NCBI GenBank assembly: GCA_963666365.2
Contig: CAXXNF010000001.1
Location: 1,088,001 to 1,152,000 of the forward strand
DNA from: Syntrophales bacterium
GTDB taxonomy: Bacteria > Desulfobacterota > Syntrophia > Syntrophales > UBA2210
DNA length: 64,000 nt
Reading direction: 5' to 3'
Shown in pieces: positions 22,692 to 32,372 of the stretch. Below the pieces are notes generated by a model. The model worked only from the letters and a program-made list of their open reading frames with translations, had not been told where the DNA came from and did no database searches. Each line of letters begins with the position of its first letter. The first letter of the stretch is position 1. The position numbers were made by a program, and so were the translations under genes.

Positions 22692-23513
22692 ATGGACGCA
22701 CAGGTGAATCAATCTGAGGGTTTGATCCTGACTGAAGTTTCCAACAGGATCGCCACGTTAACCTTTAATCAACCCCAAAAGCTCAACGCGCTCAGCCCCG
22801 AGCTGGAATTTGAATCGATACAAATTTTAAAACGATGGAGTCTTGACCCGGATATCGGCGCAATAGTTCTTACAGGCGCCGGCCGTGCCTTTTGTGTAGG
22901 CGGAGACGTCTCAAAAATGGATGATGGAAAGGGGGAACTGCTCGCGGGCGATACCTTTGAGCAGCACGTAGACGGACTGCGCAGAGAACACGAGCTTGCC
23001 TGGCTGCTCTACCATATGCCAAAGGTAACGATTGCCGCGGTCAACGGGCACGCAATGGGTGCCGGTCTTGCCATCTGCCTGGCCTGTGATCTTCGGATAG
23101 CTTCCGATAAAGCGAAATTCGGAGCGGCCTACGCACGCGTAGGCCTGGGAGGCGATTTTGGAACAAGCTGGCTGCTGACACAATATGTAGGAGCGCCAAA
23201 GGCAAAAGAGATGCTTTTTCTGTGCGATATCATCGATGCGACCGAAGCCCACCGGATCGGACTTGTTAATCGGGTGGTTCCGCAGGACGAGTTCTCCCTC
23301 TCTGCAAAGGATCTCGCGTCCCGCATCGCCAACGGCGCCGGGATCAGTTATCGATACATGAAGGCAAATATTAACTTTGCGGCGACGGCCGATTTTCGCA
23401 CGCTGCTCGACCGTGAGGCCGAAACGCATCTTTTGTGTGGCCTGACGGAAGATTTCAAGGAAGGAGTTCTGGCATTTATGGAAAAGCGGCCGCCCCTTTT
23501 CAAAGGACGTTGA
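22692..23513 (+). CDS. Enoyl-CoA hydratase/isomerase (crotonase) family
   Basis: GAGRAFCVGGD, AVNGHAMGAG, GLGGDFG. Confidence 0.92.
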   Translation: MDAQVNQSEGLILTEVSNRIATLTFNQPQKLNALSPELEFESIQILKRWSLDPDIGAIVLTGAGRAFCVGGDVSKMDDGKGELLAGDTFEQHVDGLRREHELAWLLYHMPKVTIAAVNGHAMGAGLAICLACDLRIASDKAKFGAAYARVGLGGDFGTSWLLTQYVGAPKAKEMLFLCDIIDATEAHRIGLVNRVVPQDEFSLSAKDLASRIANGAGISYRYMKANINFAATADFRTLLDREAETHLLCGLTEDFKEGVLAFMEKRPPLFKGR

Positions 23514-23581
23514 GGCAGACCTGCCGGGACATTCGCTTCCGGCGTTCACATATCTACTTTCTGTTAGATAGGAGGAATGTC

Positions 23582-24409
23582 ATGTACAAGGCGATTACAC
23601 TGGAAATTATCGGACACGCGGCTGTTGTTACTCTGAACCGGCCGGAAAGTCTTAACGCGTTTACCTACCCCATGATAGATGAATTCGGCTGTGCCGTTGA
23701 AGAAGCGGAAAAAAACATAGATGTAACAGGCATAATCGTGACGGGCGCAGGACGGGGATTCTGCGCGGGCGTTGACATGAACACCCTGGACGAGCTTCAG
23801 CAAGACGGCCAGGGAAGCCAATCTGACGAGCTCAAGGTCAGTCCGGGGGACAAAGAGATGGGCGATAATTTCGGGGCGGGCCTCACCTACCTCCTGTCCA
23901 TAAGAAAACCCGTCATTGCCGCGGTCAACGGGCCATGTGTCGGTCTCGGCATGTCGCTCGCCCTTTTCTGCGACATGCGATTCGCCTCCGACAAGGCGAA
24001 ATTCATTACCTCTTTTTCGCCAAGAGGACTGGTGGCGGAGCATGGCCAGAGCTGGATTCTTCCGCGGATACTGAATCCATCAAAAGCGCTCGATCTTTTA
24101 TGGAGTTCCCGCAAGGTGAGCGCGGAGGAGGCGGCTGAAATGGGATTGATAGACAGGTTGTTTCCGCCCGACCGCCTGCTGGAGGAAACAGTCAATTATA
24201 TAGAAGGCTTGGCAAAAGCAGCGGCGCCCAAATCTCTCATGGCGATGAAGCAGCAAATTTATCGCCACCTCAATATGGAGCTGGGAGAAGCAATGCAGGA
24301 TACCACCCGCCTGATGGACGCGAGCATGGTACGCAATGACTTTAAAGAGGGCATTGCCTCTTTTGTGGAGAAGCGCCCACCAAAATTTGAGAAAATCATT
24401 ATAGACTAG
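23582..24409 (+). CDS. Enoyl-CoA hydratase/isomerase family
   Basis: GAGRGFCAGVD, AVNGPCVGLG, GLVAEHG. Confidence 0.92.
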   Translation: MYKAITLEIIGHAAVVTLNRPESLNAFTYPMIDEFGCAVEEAEKNIDVTGIIVTGAGRGFCAGVDMNTLDELQQDGQGSQSDELKVSPGDKEMGDNFGAGLTYLLSIRKPVIAAVNGPCVGLGMSLALFCDMRFASDKAKFITSFSPRGLVAEHGQSWILPRILNPSKALDLLWSSRKVSAEEAAEMGLIDRLFPPDRLLEETVNYIEGLAKAAAPKSLMAMKQQIYRHLNMELGEAMQDTTRLMDASMVRNDFKEGIASFVEKRPPKFEKIIID

Positions 24410-24498
24410 GCAGGCGCGAAGGCAATCCTGCAGACTGCCCATAAAATATTGTCCGATTATCCGAAAGAAACTCATTTTTTAGCACGAGGAGACAGCGC

Positions 24499-25299
24499 AT
24501 GGAATTTACGTACATACTATTTTCAAAAGAACATAAGGTGGCGACAATTACTTTGAATCGTCCCGAAAAGATGAATGCCTACTTCGAAGACATGGTGCAT
24601 GAAATCCTGGCAGCTCTTGCCGACGCCCGTGATGACGATGACGTGCGTGCCGTAATCATCACCGGTGCCGGTCGCGGTTTCTGTTCCGGGGGCGAGGTCT
24701 CCGCCGATTTCCAATACCCTGAACGCTACCGCGGTCACCGCCTGGAATCAATGCTTGAAATGCGGGAGAATTTCCATCAGCTCGTAAAATTTTTATGGCG
24801 TTTCGATAAACCGGTGGTCGCAGCGATCAATGGAGCTGCAGTTGCAGGAGGATTAACGCTGGCCTTATGCTGTGACTTCAGGATTGCCGCCGAGGGCGCG
24901 AAGCTGGGAGACACGAGTCTGAAATTCGCCCTTATGCCGGACGAAGGCGGCGCTTGGATTTTCCCCCGTGTAATGGGTTTGCAAAATGCACTGAAAATGT
25001 CGCTCTTTTCCGAAGTATACCCGGCACAAAAGGCGAAGGAACTCGGATTGGTGCACGAAGTGGTAACGGCTGATAATCTGATGCCCACGGCACGACAGTG
25101 GGCTGAAACCCTTGCCGCAGGACCTCCCATCGCAATGAGAATCACAAAAAGAATGATGTACAAGCAGATGGAGATGGATCTCGATAACGCCCTGGAAGAT
25201 GCCGCCCTCGGCACTCTGGTGACCAATTACTGTGAAGATGTCAAGGAAGGCGTGACGGCCTTCCACGAAAAACGAAAACCGGCATTTAAAGGTCGTTGA
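24499..25299 (+). CDS. Enoyl-CoA hydratase/isomerase family
   Basis: GAGRGFCSGGE, AINGAAVAGG, LMPDEGG. Confidence 0.92.
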   Translation: MEFTYILFSKEHKVATITLNRPEKMNAYFEDMVHEILAALADARDDDDVRAVIITGAGRGFCSGGEVSADFQYPERYRGHRLESMLEMRENFHQLVKFLWRFDKPVVAAINGAAVAGGLTLALCCDFRIAAEGAKLGDTSLKFALMPDEGGAWIFPRVMGLQNALKMSLFSEVYPAQKAKELGLVHEVVTADNLMPTARQWAETLAAGPPIAMRITKRMMYKQMEMDLDNALEDAALGTLVTNYCEDVKEGVTAFHEKRKPAFKGR

Positions 25300-25607
25300 T
25301 ATCAGGCAATGAGAGAGGGGGGAATCGCACGATTACGGGCGATCACCCCCCATGCTCACAACAACTCACGGATAAAAAAACAGGGAACCCGGAAGCACTA
25401 ACGTTTACAATCTAGTCGAAAGCACCGCTATACCGAAGGATCGGCAGTATAATAACACGTACATGATGCTGGTGCATCGCTGTTCCCTCTGCTGCACCCT
25501 TCTTCAGTTCTTGCCGTTGAGGGGGATGCAGAGCGATGCAACACGTACTTGGAAGCTCCACCTGTATAAGGCACACGCATGCCGCGCACCGCAGAACCAG
25601 TCATCTT

Positions 25608-25726
25608 GACATATCGCGTATCGGCGAAATACCGCCACATACCTCCCTCATTCAGTTGTCGAAAATCCGCCAACAGTTTGATTATGGGCACGAAATTGCA
25701 CGCACGGTCCTGGCATGGATCATGCG
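25608..25726 (+). promoter_or_regulatory. Sigma54 promoter module 2 (candidate UAS + -24/-12 at 25711-25726)
   Basis: TGGCATGGATCATGCG; upstream gacatatcg...gcgaaataccgccacatac at the same spacing as module 1. Confidence 0.8.
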
Positions 25727-25748
25727 GTGTTTCTGTTCTTTATGAGAG

Positions 25749-26681
25749 GTGGCATTGAAATTGGAATCAGAAAAGGGGTGCATTTACAAAATTCAGCCAT
25801 TGTCAATTCACTTCGGCCCGGGAATACGTACCGCAGTATTTCTGCAGGGCTGTCCCCTGCAATGCCGTTGGTGCCCCTTTCCGGAAGTACGACAGGCAAT
25901 CACTTTTATTGAAAAGAACTGCACCGTCTGCGGTATATGCAGGGATGCATGCCCCGCCCATGCCATCGAAGAGACCGAAGAAGGCGCTGTACGAATCAAT
26001 CAAGACCTGTGCAACGGATGCGGCATCTGCGTGGAACAATGCCCTGCGGGAGCGCTGGAGCAGCGGGGAACATGCTACAGTGTTGAAGGACTGCTGAGGG
26101 AGGTCGAGAAAGGAATCCCCGCATATAGACACTCCGGCGGAGGAGTCACGGTAGGCGGAGGCGAACCGGCTCTTCAGGCAGAGTTTGTTGCGACCTTTCT
26201 TCAGCAATGCAGAAGACACAGCATTCATTCCGCAGTCGAGACTCGCGCCTTCGGACCCTGGCACAAGATAGCCACGATAGCTGAGTGGCCCGATCTTTTC
26301 TACATCACACTCTCATGCATCGACGACAAGGCACACAGAGAAGCAACCGGCGTATCCAACCAATCGATTCTCCACAATATCCGGAAAGTTGCGGCTGAAC
26401 GCCCTGTTATTCTTCGCGTGCCCATATTTCCCCACACAAGCGGTCTGGATGAAACCATTCGAGATATCGCCAGCTTTACCAAAAGCCTCGGCACGAATGT
26501 ACACTCTATCGAACTGTTCTTCCGGCCCGAGGCTGCCGCCGAAAATGGGTGTGGATTAGCACAAAGTGCTCATGACGGTCAAAAGACGCCATATTATGAA
26601 GAAGACACCGCGTCTGCACTGAAAGACCTTTTAGAATCTCACGGGGTGCATGTCCGCATTGACGGCTGGAAAGGAGGCTAG
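25749..26681 (+). CDS. Glycyl-radical enzyme activating protein family (radical SAM with 2x4Fe-4S insert), atypical
   Basis: GPGIRTAVFLQGCPLQCRWC; two CxxCxxCxxxCP; GGVTVGGGEP. Confidence 0.85.
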   Translation: MALKLESEKGCIYKIQPLSIHFGPGIRTAVFLQGCPLQCRWCPFPEVRQAITFIEKNCTVCGICRDACPAHAIEETEEGAVRINQDLCNGCGICVEQCPAGALEQRGTCYSVEGLLREVEKGIPAYRHSGGGVTVGGGEPALQAEFVATFLQQCRRHSIHSAVETRAFGPWHKIATIAEWPDLFYITLSCIDDKAHREATGVSNQSILHNIRKVAAERPVILRVPIFPHTSGLDETIRDIASFTKSLGTNVHSIELFFRPEAAAENGCGLAQSAHDGQKTPYYEEDTASALKDLLESHGVHVRIDGWKGG

Positions 26682-26871
26682 ACAAATGATGCATATAGGG
26701 ACGCTGCGTGAACGCTGCGGCACACATTACCTGACGTACGAAACAGATATATACCATATAATGAAGGTGAGTCCATCCTTGCGGACCAGGGGATGATCAT
26801 CATCGCATAATGGGGATTTCCTGCAGTTGTAACAAATGAACCATTTCTTATGACAATGGAGTGTAATCGTA

Positions 26872-28530
26872 ATGGAACGCATTTGGATGAAAAATTGGCC
26901 GGAGGGTGTATCCACCACCATAGAGTATCGTCTCGGCGAAAAACCCCTGCACGAGTACCTGCTGCAGAACGCCAGGGATTTTCCCGACAAAACGGCCTAT
27001 ATCTTCTACGGCAGAGAGATCTCCTGGGGAGAACTGGCAGACTTCGCCACGCGGTTCGCCAATTATCTGCACAGCGCAGGAGTGGTGAAGGGAGAGCGGG
27101 TTGCCCTTTTCATGCAGAATTGCCCCCAGTATGTCATTGCTCATTTCGCAACGCAGATGCTCGGCGCCATCGTGACCCCTTGCAGCGCCATGTTCAAGGA
27201 ATGGGAGCTGGAATACGAACTCAACGATGCCGGCGCCAAACTGCTGGTTACCACCGACGATCTCTATCCCATTGCCGAGAGAATCAGGGGAAATACAAAC
27301 CTTGAAAAAGTGGTCCTCACGAGCTATCGTGACATGATCCCCTCAACACCGACACTTCCCCTTCCCGCGGAACTTGAACAGGAACACATGGTCTATCCCG
27401 ATACGGAATTGTTGATGGAAATTATCGAAAGCTGTCCCGCAGAGATCCCTTCCTGTGATATCGATATATGGAACGACGTGGCCATGATGATCTATACCTC
27501 AGGGACCACGGGCCGACCCAAGGGGGCAATGCTGACCTACGGGAACGCTCTGGCAACGGTTGCTTCCGCCGTCCAGGTCAAACGACTCCGGATGGACGAG
27601 ATAGCGATTGCGGTCATGCCGATCTTTCATATCGCCGGGAACCTCCTGGGACTTTGCACTCCCGTCTACTCCGGCGCCACAACAATGCTTCTCACCCGCT
27701 TCGATCCAAAAGCCATAGTGGAAGCCTTTGCCAGGTATCGTTGCACCACGTGGTACTCTGTGACGCCAATGCTCCTGGCCATCATGGCACTTCCGGAGGC
27801 GAAGGAGATAGACTGGAGTTCGTTGCGCCATACGACCTGCACGAGTTTCGGCGTGCCGCTTACCGAAGACATTGCGACCCGGTGGCGGGAATTTACCGGA
27901 GGAACACCGGTACTGGAAGGCGGGTACGGCCTGACGGAAACGCATACAGGCGACACCTTTATTCCTGAACGCAATATAAAGTGGGGTTCTAACGGCATTC
28001 CCACCTTGGAGACGGATTTGAAGATTGTCGATTCCTTATCGGGCCAGGAACTGGGAGTAAACGAAAAAGGGGAGATCGTACTCCGCAATCCCGGCGTATT
28101 CAAGGGATATTGGAAAAACCCGGAACGGACAGCGGAAACGCTCAGGGACGGCTGGGTGTACACCGGCGATATCGGATATGTCGACGAAGACGGAATTTTG
28201 TGGTTCCAGGGTCGCATGAAAGAGATGATCAAGTGTTCCGGATACAGCGTGTTCCCGGAGGATGTGGAAGTGATGCTCGTCAAGCATCCTGCGGTGGCCC
28301 AGGTGGCCGTGATCGGCATTCCCGATCAGGTGCGCGGAGAGAGCGTAAAAGCCTTTATTGTGCTCAAACCGGAGTATAAAGGAAACGTTACAGAGTCAGA
28401 CATTATTGCCTGGTCAAAAGAAAAGATGGCCTCTTACAAGTATCCCCGCGCCGTGGAATTCAGAGACAGCCTGCCCGCTTCCGGGGCAGGAAAGATTCTG
28501 CGGCGGTTGTTGAAAGAAGAGGCTAAATAG
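26872..28530 (+). CDS. Long-chain acyl-CoA synthetase (AMP-forming)
   Basis: YTSGTTGRPKG, GYGLTE, TGDIG, GKILRR. Confidence 0.93.
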   Translation: MERIWMKNWPEGVSTTIEYRLGEKPLHEYLLQNARDFPDKTAYIFYGREISWGELADFATRFANYLHSAGVVKGERVALFMQNCPQYVIAHFATQMLGAIVTPCSAMFKEWELEYELNDAGAKLLVTTDDLYPIAERIRGNTNLEKVVLTSYRDMIPSTPTLPLPAELEQEHMVYPDTELLMEIIESCPAEIPSCDIDIWNDVAMMIYTSGTTGRPKGAMLTYGNALATVASAVQVKRLRMDEIAIAVMPIFHIAGNLLGLCTPVYSGATTMLLTRFDPKAIVEAFARYRCTTWYSVTPMLLAIMALPEAKEIDWSSLRHTTCTSFGVPLTEDIATRWREFTGGTPVLEGGYGLTETHTGDTFIPERNIKWGSNGIPTLETDLKIVDSLSGQELGVNEKGEIVLRNPGVFKGYWKNPERTAETLRDGWVYTGDIGYVDEDGILWFQGRMKEMIKCSGYSVFPEDVEVMLVKHPAVAQVAVIGIPDQVRGESVKAFIVLKPEYKGNVTESDIIAWSKEKMASYKYPRAVEFRDSLPASGAGKILRRLLKEEAK

Positions 28531-28592
28531 CCATGGGCACGCACCGATTGAAGTGGGTGATGGCGCCACATTACATGATGTGAAGGTAAGAG

Positions 28593-30176
28593 ATGAACTC
28601 TACAAAGGATCAGCACAACACAACCTGGCTTCCCGAAGTCGAGGAGCTTCGTTTACGCAGCAAACTGGCAACACAGATGGGCGGGCCGGAGAGTCTTGCG
28701 AAGTATAAAGCCGGCGGCAAGTTGAACTGCCGGGAACGAATAGAAATGCTGCTTGATAAGGGAAGCTTCCATGAAACCGGAGCGATTACGGGAATTCCCA
28801 CTTATGAAGGAGGCCGTCTCTTTGCCTTGCGGCCTTCCAACTATATTTTTGGAACGGGAAGAATCAATGGCCGCAAAGTAGTGGTGGGCGCCGACGACTT
28901 CACCATTAGAGGAGGCGCTGCCGATGCCAAAATCGGCAACAAAGGACCCTATTCGGAGCAGATGGCTCTCGAGTTGCGTCTTCCCATCATTCGCCTGATT
29001 GACGGCACGGGGGGAGGCGGAAGCGTAAAATTTCTGGAAATAATGGATCGCACCTATGTTCCCGCCAATCCAGCCGTTGCCACAATGGTGGAATTACTTT
29101 CGACCGTACCCGTCGTGTCCGGCGCTATGGGGTCTGTCGCGGGGCTGGGGGCGGCACGGACCGTCTTTTCTCACTTTTCGGTGATGCCCAAAAAAACGGC
29201 CCAGCTCTTTGTTGCCGGCCCGCCTGTGGTGGAACCTGCAATCGGGCGTAAGATCAGCAAGGAAGAACTGGGCGGTTCTGAAATCCAGACCAGGGGATTC
29301 GGCGCGGTGGACAACGAGGCCGAATCGGAGGAAGACGCCTTTGAACAAATTCGACGCTTTCTTTCCTACCTGCCCGATTCGGTGTACGAAATGCCGCCGG
29401 TTATTGAATCTACCGATTCTGCAGAGCGCCGCGAAGAAGAACTTCTCCGCATCATTCCGAGGAATAAGCGCCGCTCCTACCAGGTACGACGGATTATATC
29501 CCTGGTCCTTGACAGGGAATCCTTTTTTGAAATAGGGGCAAAGCACGGAACCTCCATCGTAACAGGATTTGCGCGGCTTTCCGGAAAGCCTGTCGGGGTC
29601 ATTGCCAATGATCCCAGATTCTTCGGAGGAACCATGACGGCGCAGGCGGCGGACAAGATTGTACGTTTCATCGACACCTGTGACACCTTTCATCTCCCCA
29701 TCGTCAATTTCGTTGATCTTCCCGGTTTTCTGATCGGTCCAGATGGAGAAAAACAGGCCACTATCCGCTTCGGCGCCCGTTACATGTTTGCCGTCTGTCA
29801 GGCGACTGTTCCCTGGTGTTCAGTTATACTGAGGCGGGTTTTCGGAGTGGCCGGTGCGAATCACGGCAATACGGGAAGACTTAATTTACGCTATGCCTGG
29901 CCTTCGGGGGAATGGGGGTCCCTGCCTATCGAAGGCGGCGTTCAGGCGGCCTACCGTCGTGAAATCGAGGCCGCTGACGATCCGGAGGTCCTGCGAAAGG
30001 AGATTGAAGCCCGTCTGTCCAAAGCCACGTCGCCCTTTCTCACGGCGGAGGCCTTCGGCATTGAAGACGTCATCGATCCTCGCGATACACGGCCTTTGCT
30101 GTGTGACTGGATCGAAACGGCCTATCGCCTGCTTCCGAGCGAGCTGGGTCCGAAGAAAAGAGGGATGCGGCCCTGA
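28593..30176 (+). CDS. Acyl-CoA carboxylase carboxyltransferase (beta) subunit
   Basis: RERIEMLLDKGSF, DFTIRGG, AGPPVV, GVIAND, DLPGF, IDPRDTR. Confidence 0.92.
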   Translation: MNSTKDQHNTTWLPEVEELRLRSKLATQMGGPESLAKYKAGGKLNCRERIEMLLDKGSFHETGAITGIPTYEGGRLFALRPSNYIFGTGRINGRKVVVGADDFTIRGGAADAKIGNKGPYSEQMALELRLPIIRLIDGTGGGGSVKFLEIMDRTYVPANPAVATMVELLSTVPVVSGAMGSVAGLGAARTVFSHFSVMPKKTAQLFVAGPPVVEPAIGRKISKEELGGSEIQTRGFGAVDNEAESEEDAFEQIRRFLSYLPDSVYEMPPVIESTDSAERREEELLRIIPRNKRRSYQVRRIISLVLDRESFFEIGAKHGTSIVTGFARLSGKPVGVIANDPRFFGGTMTAQAADKIVRFIDTCDTFHLPIVNFVDLPGFLIGPDGEKQATIRFGARYMFAVCQATVPWCSVILRRVFGVAGANHGNTGRLNLRYAWPSGEWGSLPIEGGVQAAYRREIEAADDPEVLRKEIEARLSKATSPFLTAEAFGIEDVIDPRDTRPLLCDWIETAYRLLPSELGPKKRGMRP

Positions 30177-30271
30177 TGTCGGGTGGAATGCGATTGTTTT
30201 CGGCAGCAAGTATGTAAATGAGGTAACAATACCAACAAACCGTAGATAAGGACAAAAAAGGAGGAAACACA

Positions 30272-30422
30272 ATGAAAAAACCATCGGTGGCAGTATTGCT
30301 GGGCATTCTTGTCTGCCTAATGGGTATTACGGCAGGCAGCAGATGCGTCTATGCAGAAAAGAGGTACGTTTCGGCATACTGACCGCCATAAGCGGTCCGG
30401 CATCGCCCTGGGGTATCCCCAA
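30272..30422 (+). pseudogene. 5' fragment of branched-chain-amino-acid-type ABC substrate-binding protein
   Basis: AAGGAGG SD, signal peptide MKKPSVAVLLGILVCLM..., then (after a -1 shift in the A run near 30357-60) EVRFGILTAISGPASPWGIP; rejoins 32373 as ...IP-N-SRAM. Confidence 0.8.
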
Positions 30423-31744
30423 ATCTGGGAGGAAGTGGCCTTGCAGCCACCCCCTCCCAACAGAACGGCTCGTACCGGCCAGGTAAGCCGCTCTTCGATT
30501 AGTAACTGAAGTTAAATTCACAAGTCCGTTTTGTGAAATCATGGAAATGGAAAAGACCCTGCCTTCTGAACCACTGAAGATTCATCACAACGTTGACCTC
30601 TCTGCGGCTCACCGATTGCCACTTGTTCATTTTGACCCATACTCTATGAGCTTCCTGGGGTTTGTATCAAGATCGGATCATCATGCTCTGGAATCGCTTC
30701 GGCTTCTTCCACTTTTTCAATTGCATGGAACGGAGTCGGTTCCGTATCCAGGTATCAAGATCGCTGAATATCTTCTTAAATTCCTGAACTCGAAAATACG
30801 CCACCCATCCCCGCAGGTACTCGTTAAGGCTTTGGATCTCTTGATGCATCGACAACAGGTTGTTTCTTCTGGTCAGTTCCCGCACTTTGGCTTTGAACTT
30901 CTTTATTGCCTTTCCGCTGATCCGGATCTTTCCCCTGAGTATCTGGAAACCAAAAAAGGCTACGTCCTTTACCTTTGCGGCCTCGCTCTTCTCCTGGTTG
31001 ACGGGAAGTTTGAGTTCATTTTCAAGATAACGGATCGTTCCTTCCATCACTCGCCCTGCACCTCTTACCGATTTTACCATAATCAGAAAGTCATCTGCCC
31101 ATCGGCAATATCTCAGCCCCCTTCTCTCAAGTTCATGATCCAGTTCGTTTAAGACAATGTTCGACAGCATCGGTGACAGCGGCGATCTCTGGGGACATCC
31201 CTTCGTCGTTTTCTCAAATATCCCCTTATCCATGAATCCTGCTTTTAACGCTCTTGCAATCAGCGTTACCAGCTTCTCATCGGCTATCTTTCTTCGAATG
31301 AGTTTCAGAATCACTTCATGGGGAATTTCGTCAAAGAAGCTCCGCAAATCTATGGATGCACACCTCTCGTATCCCTGCTTTGCATACTTCCGAACCTGTC
31401 CAATGGCCTGGTGTTGGCTTTTCCCTCTCCGAAAACCAAAGCTGGATGCAGTAAAATCAGGATCTAATATCTCTTCGAACACCAGATTCATGCTCTGACC
31501 GACTATGCGATCCATCACTGACGGTATCCCCAGCTTCCGCATCTTCGAGGTTCCTTCCTTCGGTATCAGTACCCGTCGGCTTGGTCGGAAACGGTAGGCG
31601 CCGCTCTTGAGCTTCTCGTGGATGGCTTTAAGCAGCGCCTCCTCGTTTTGCTCGAACGTCTCTACCGTCATCCCGTCTATCCCTGCTGCTCCGGCATTTT
31701 CTTTACATGCCAGAAGCTCGGCTAATGCGCCATGCCAGGCACAC
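30423..31744 (-). mobile_element. Group II intron, class C-like, internally deleted
   Basis: 5' GTGTGCCTGGCATGG at 31744; domain V GAGCGGCTTACC...GGTACGAGCCGTTC (30493-30463); domain VI and terminal AT at 30423. Confidence 0.85.
30499..31716 (-). pseudogene. ltrA: Group II intron reverse transcriptase/maturase (N-terminus lost, in-frame TGA at 30667-69)
   Basis: GAAGIDG, RKLGIP..DR..Q, GFRRG, DL.SFFD, PQRSPLSP, RWADD, LRGW..YF; frame reads on past TGA to TAA at 30499. Confidence 0.85.
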
Positions 31745-32372
31745 GTAAACTACCACCGACTTTGTCGGTGGTTTTCTCAAAGACGACAACTCCTGACAAT
31801 GTCATTCGCTGTCGTCCTTCCACAACCTAAGCTGTTCTTCTCGAATCTGTTCCTCTGACTGCTCTCTCACATAATTTCGTATCACGGTACTGTCGATCCC
31901 CACTGTGCTGACAAAGTAGCCCCGCGCCCATATATGCATCCCCCAATATCGCTTGCTCAATTCCGGATACTCATTGCGCAAATACTCCGCACTCTTACCT
32001 TTCAGCATCTTCATCACATACGATGGAGAATGTTTCGGCGGAACCGACAAATACAGATGCACATGATCCGAGCATATCGCACCTTCTATAATCTTGATGT
32101 CCAGCCATTCGCATAACTTCGTGAGAATTTCCTTTAGTCGAGGCTTGATATCCTTGACCAATATATGGTACCGATATTTCGGAACCCAAACAATGTGATA
32201 CTCACAACGATATTTCGCATGGGACGATCTGTTGTAACCTTCCATATCAACTTCCTCCGCTCCACAGGTTACAACGAAAACCCTTTGCTCATCAACAATG
32301 TTGATTCGCTAAAGGTGTGGGGCCTCCGCCCCCACACCCCACCACTGACTACGTCAGTGGATTAGGCCGATA
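31745..32372 (-). mobile_element. IS200/IS605-family element (tnpA only, IS200 group)
   Basis: Subterminal hairpins ccactgac-tac-gtcagtgg (32342-32360) and accaccgac-ttt-gtcggtggt (31752-31772); no TSD; ends fixed by rejoining the interrupted gene (+/-1 nt). Confidence 0.88.
31802..32245 (-). CDS. tnpA: IS200/IS605 Y1 HUH transposase
   Basis: YHIVWVPKYR, DHVH, LKGKS, WARGYFVSTVG, NYVREQ. Confidence 0.95.
   Translation of the reverse strand: MEGYNRSSHAKYRCEYHIVWVPKYRYHILVKDIKPRLKEILTKLCEWLDIKIIEGAICSDHVHLYLSVPPKHSPSYVMKMLKGKSAEYLRNEYPELSKRYWGMHIWARGYFVSTVGIDSTVIRNYVREQSEEQIREEQLRLWKDDSE

Noticed and set aside
22546..22717. Small ORF with strong SD in the crotonase operon leader
   Set aside because: TTG start, no recognisable features, overlaps the next gene; not supportable
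30667..30669. In-frame TGA as selenocysteine or recoding
   Set aside because: Lies in an otherwise degenerate RT at a probable Gly codon; TGA is a normal stop in other genes here
30499..31716. RT as retron, DGR or defence RT
   Set aside because: Has group II intron termini, DV/DVI and maturase domain; no msr/msd, TR/VR or effector seen
31745..32372. IS605-type tnpB/omegaRNA
   Set aside because: No tnpB between tnpA and the right-end hairpin
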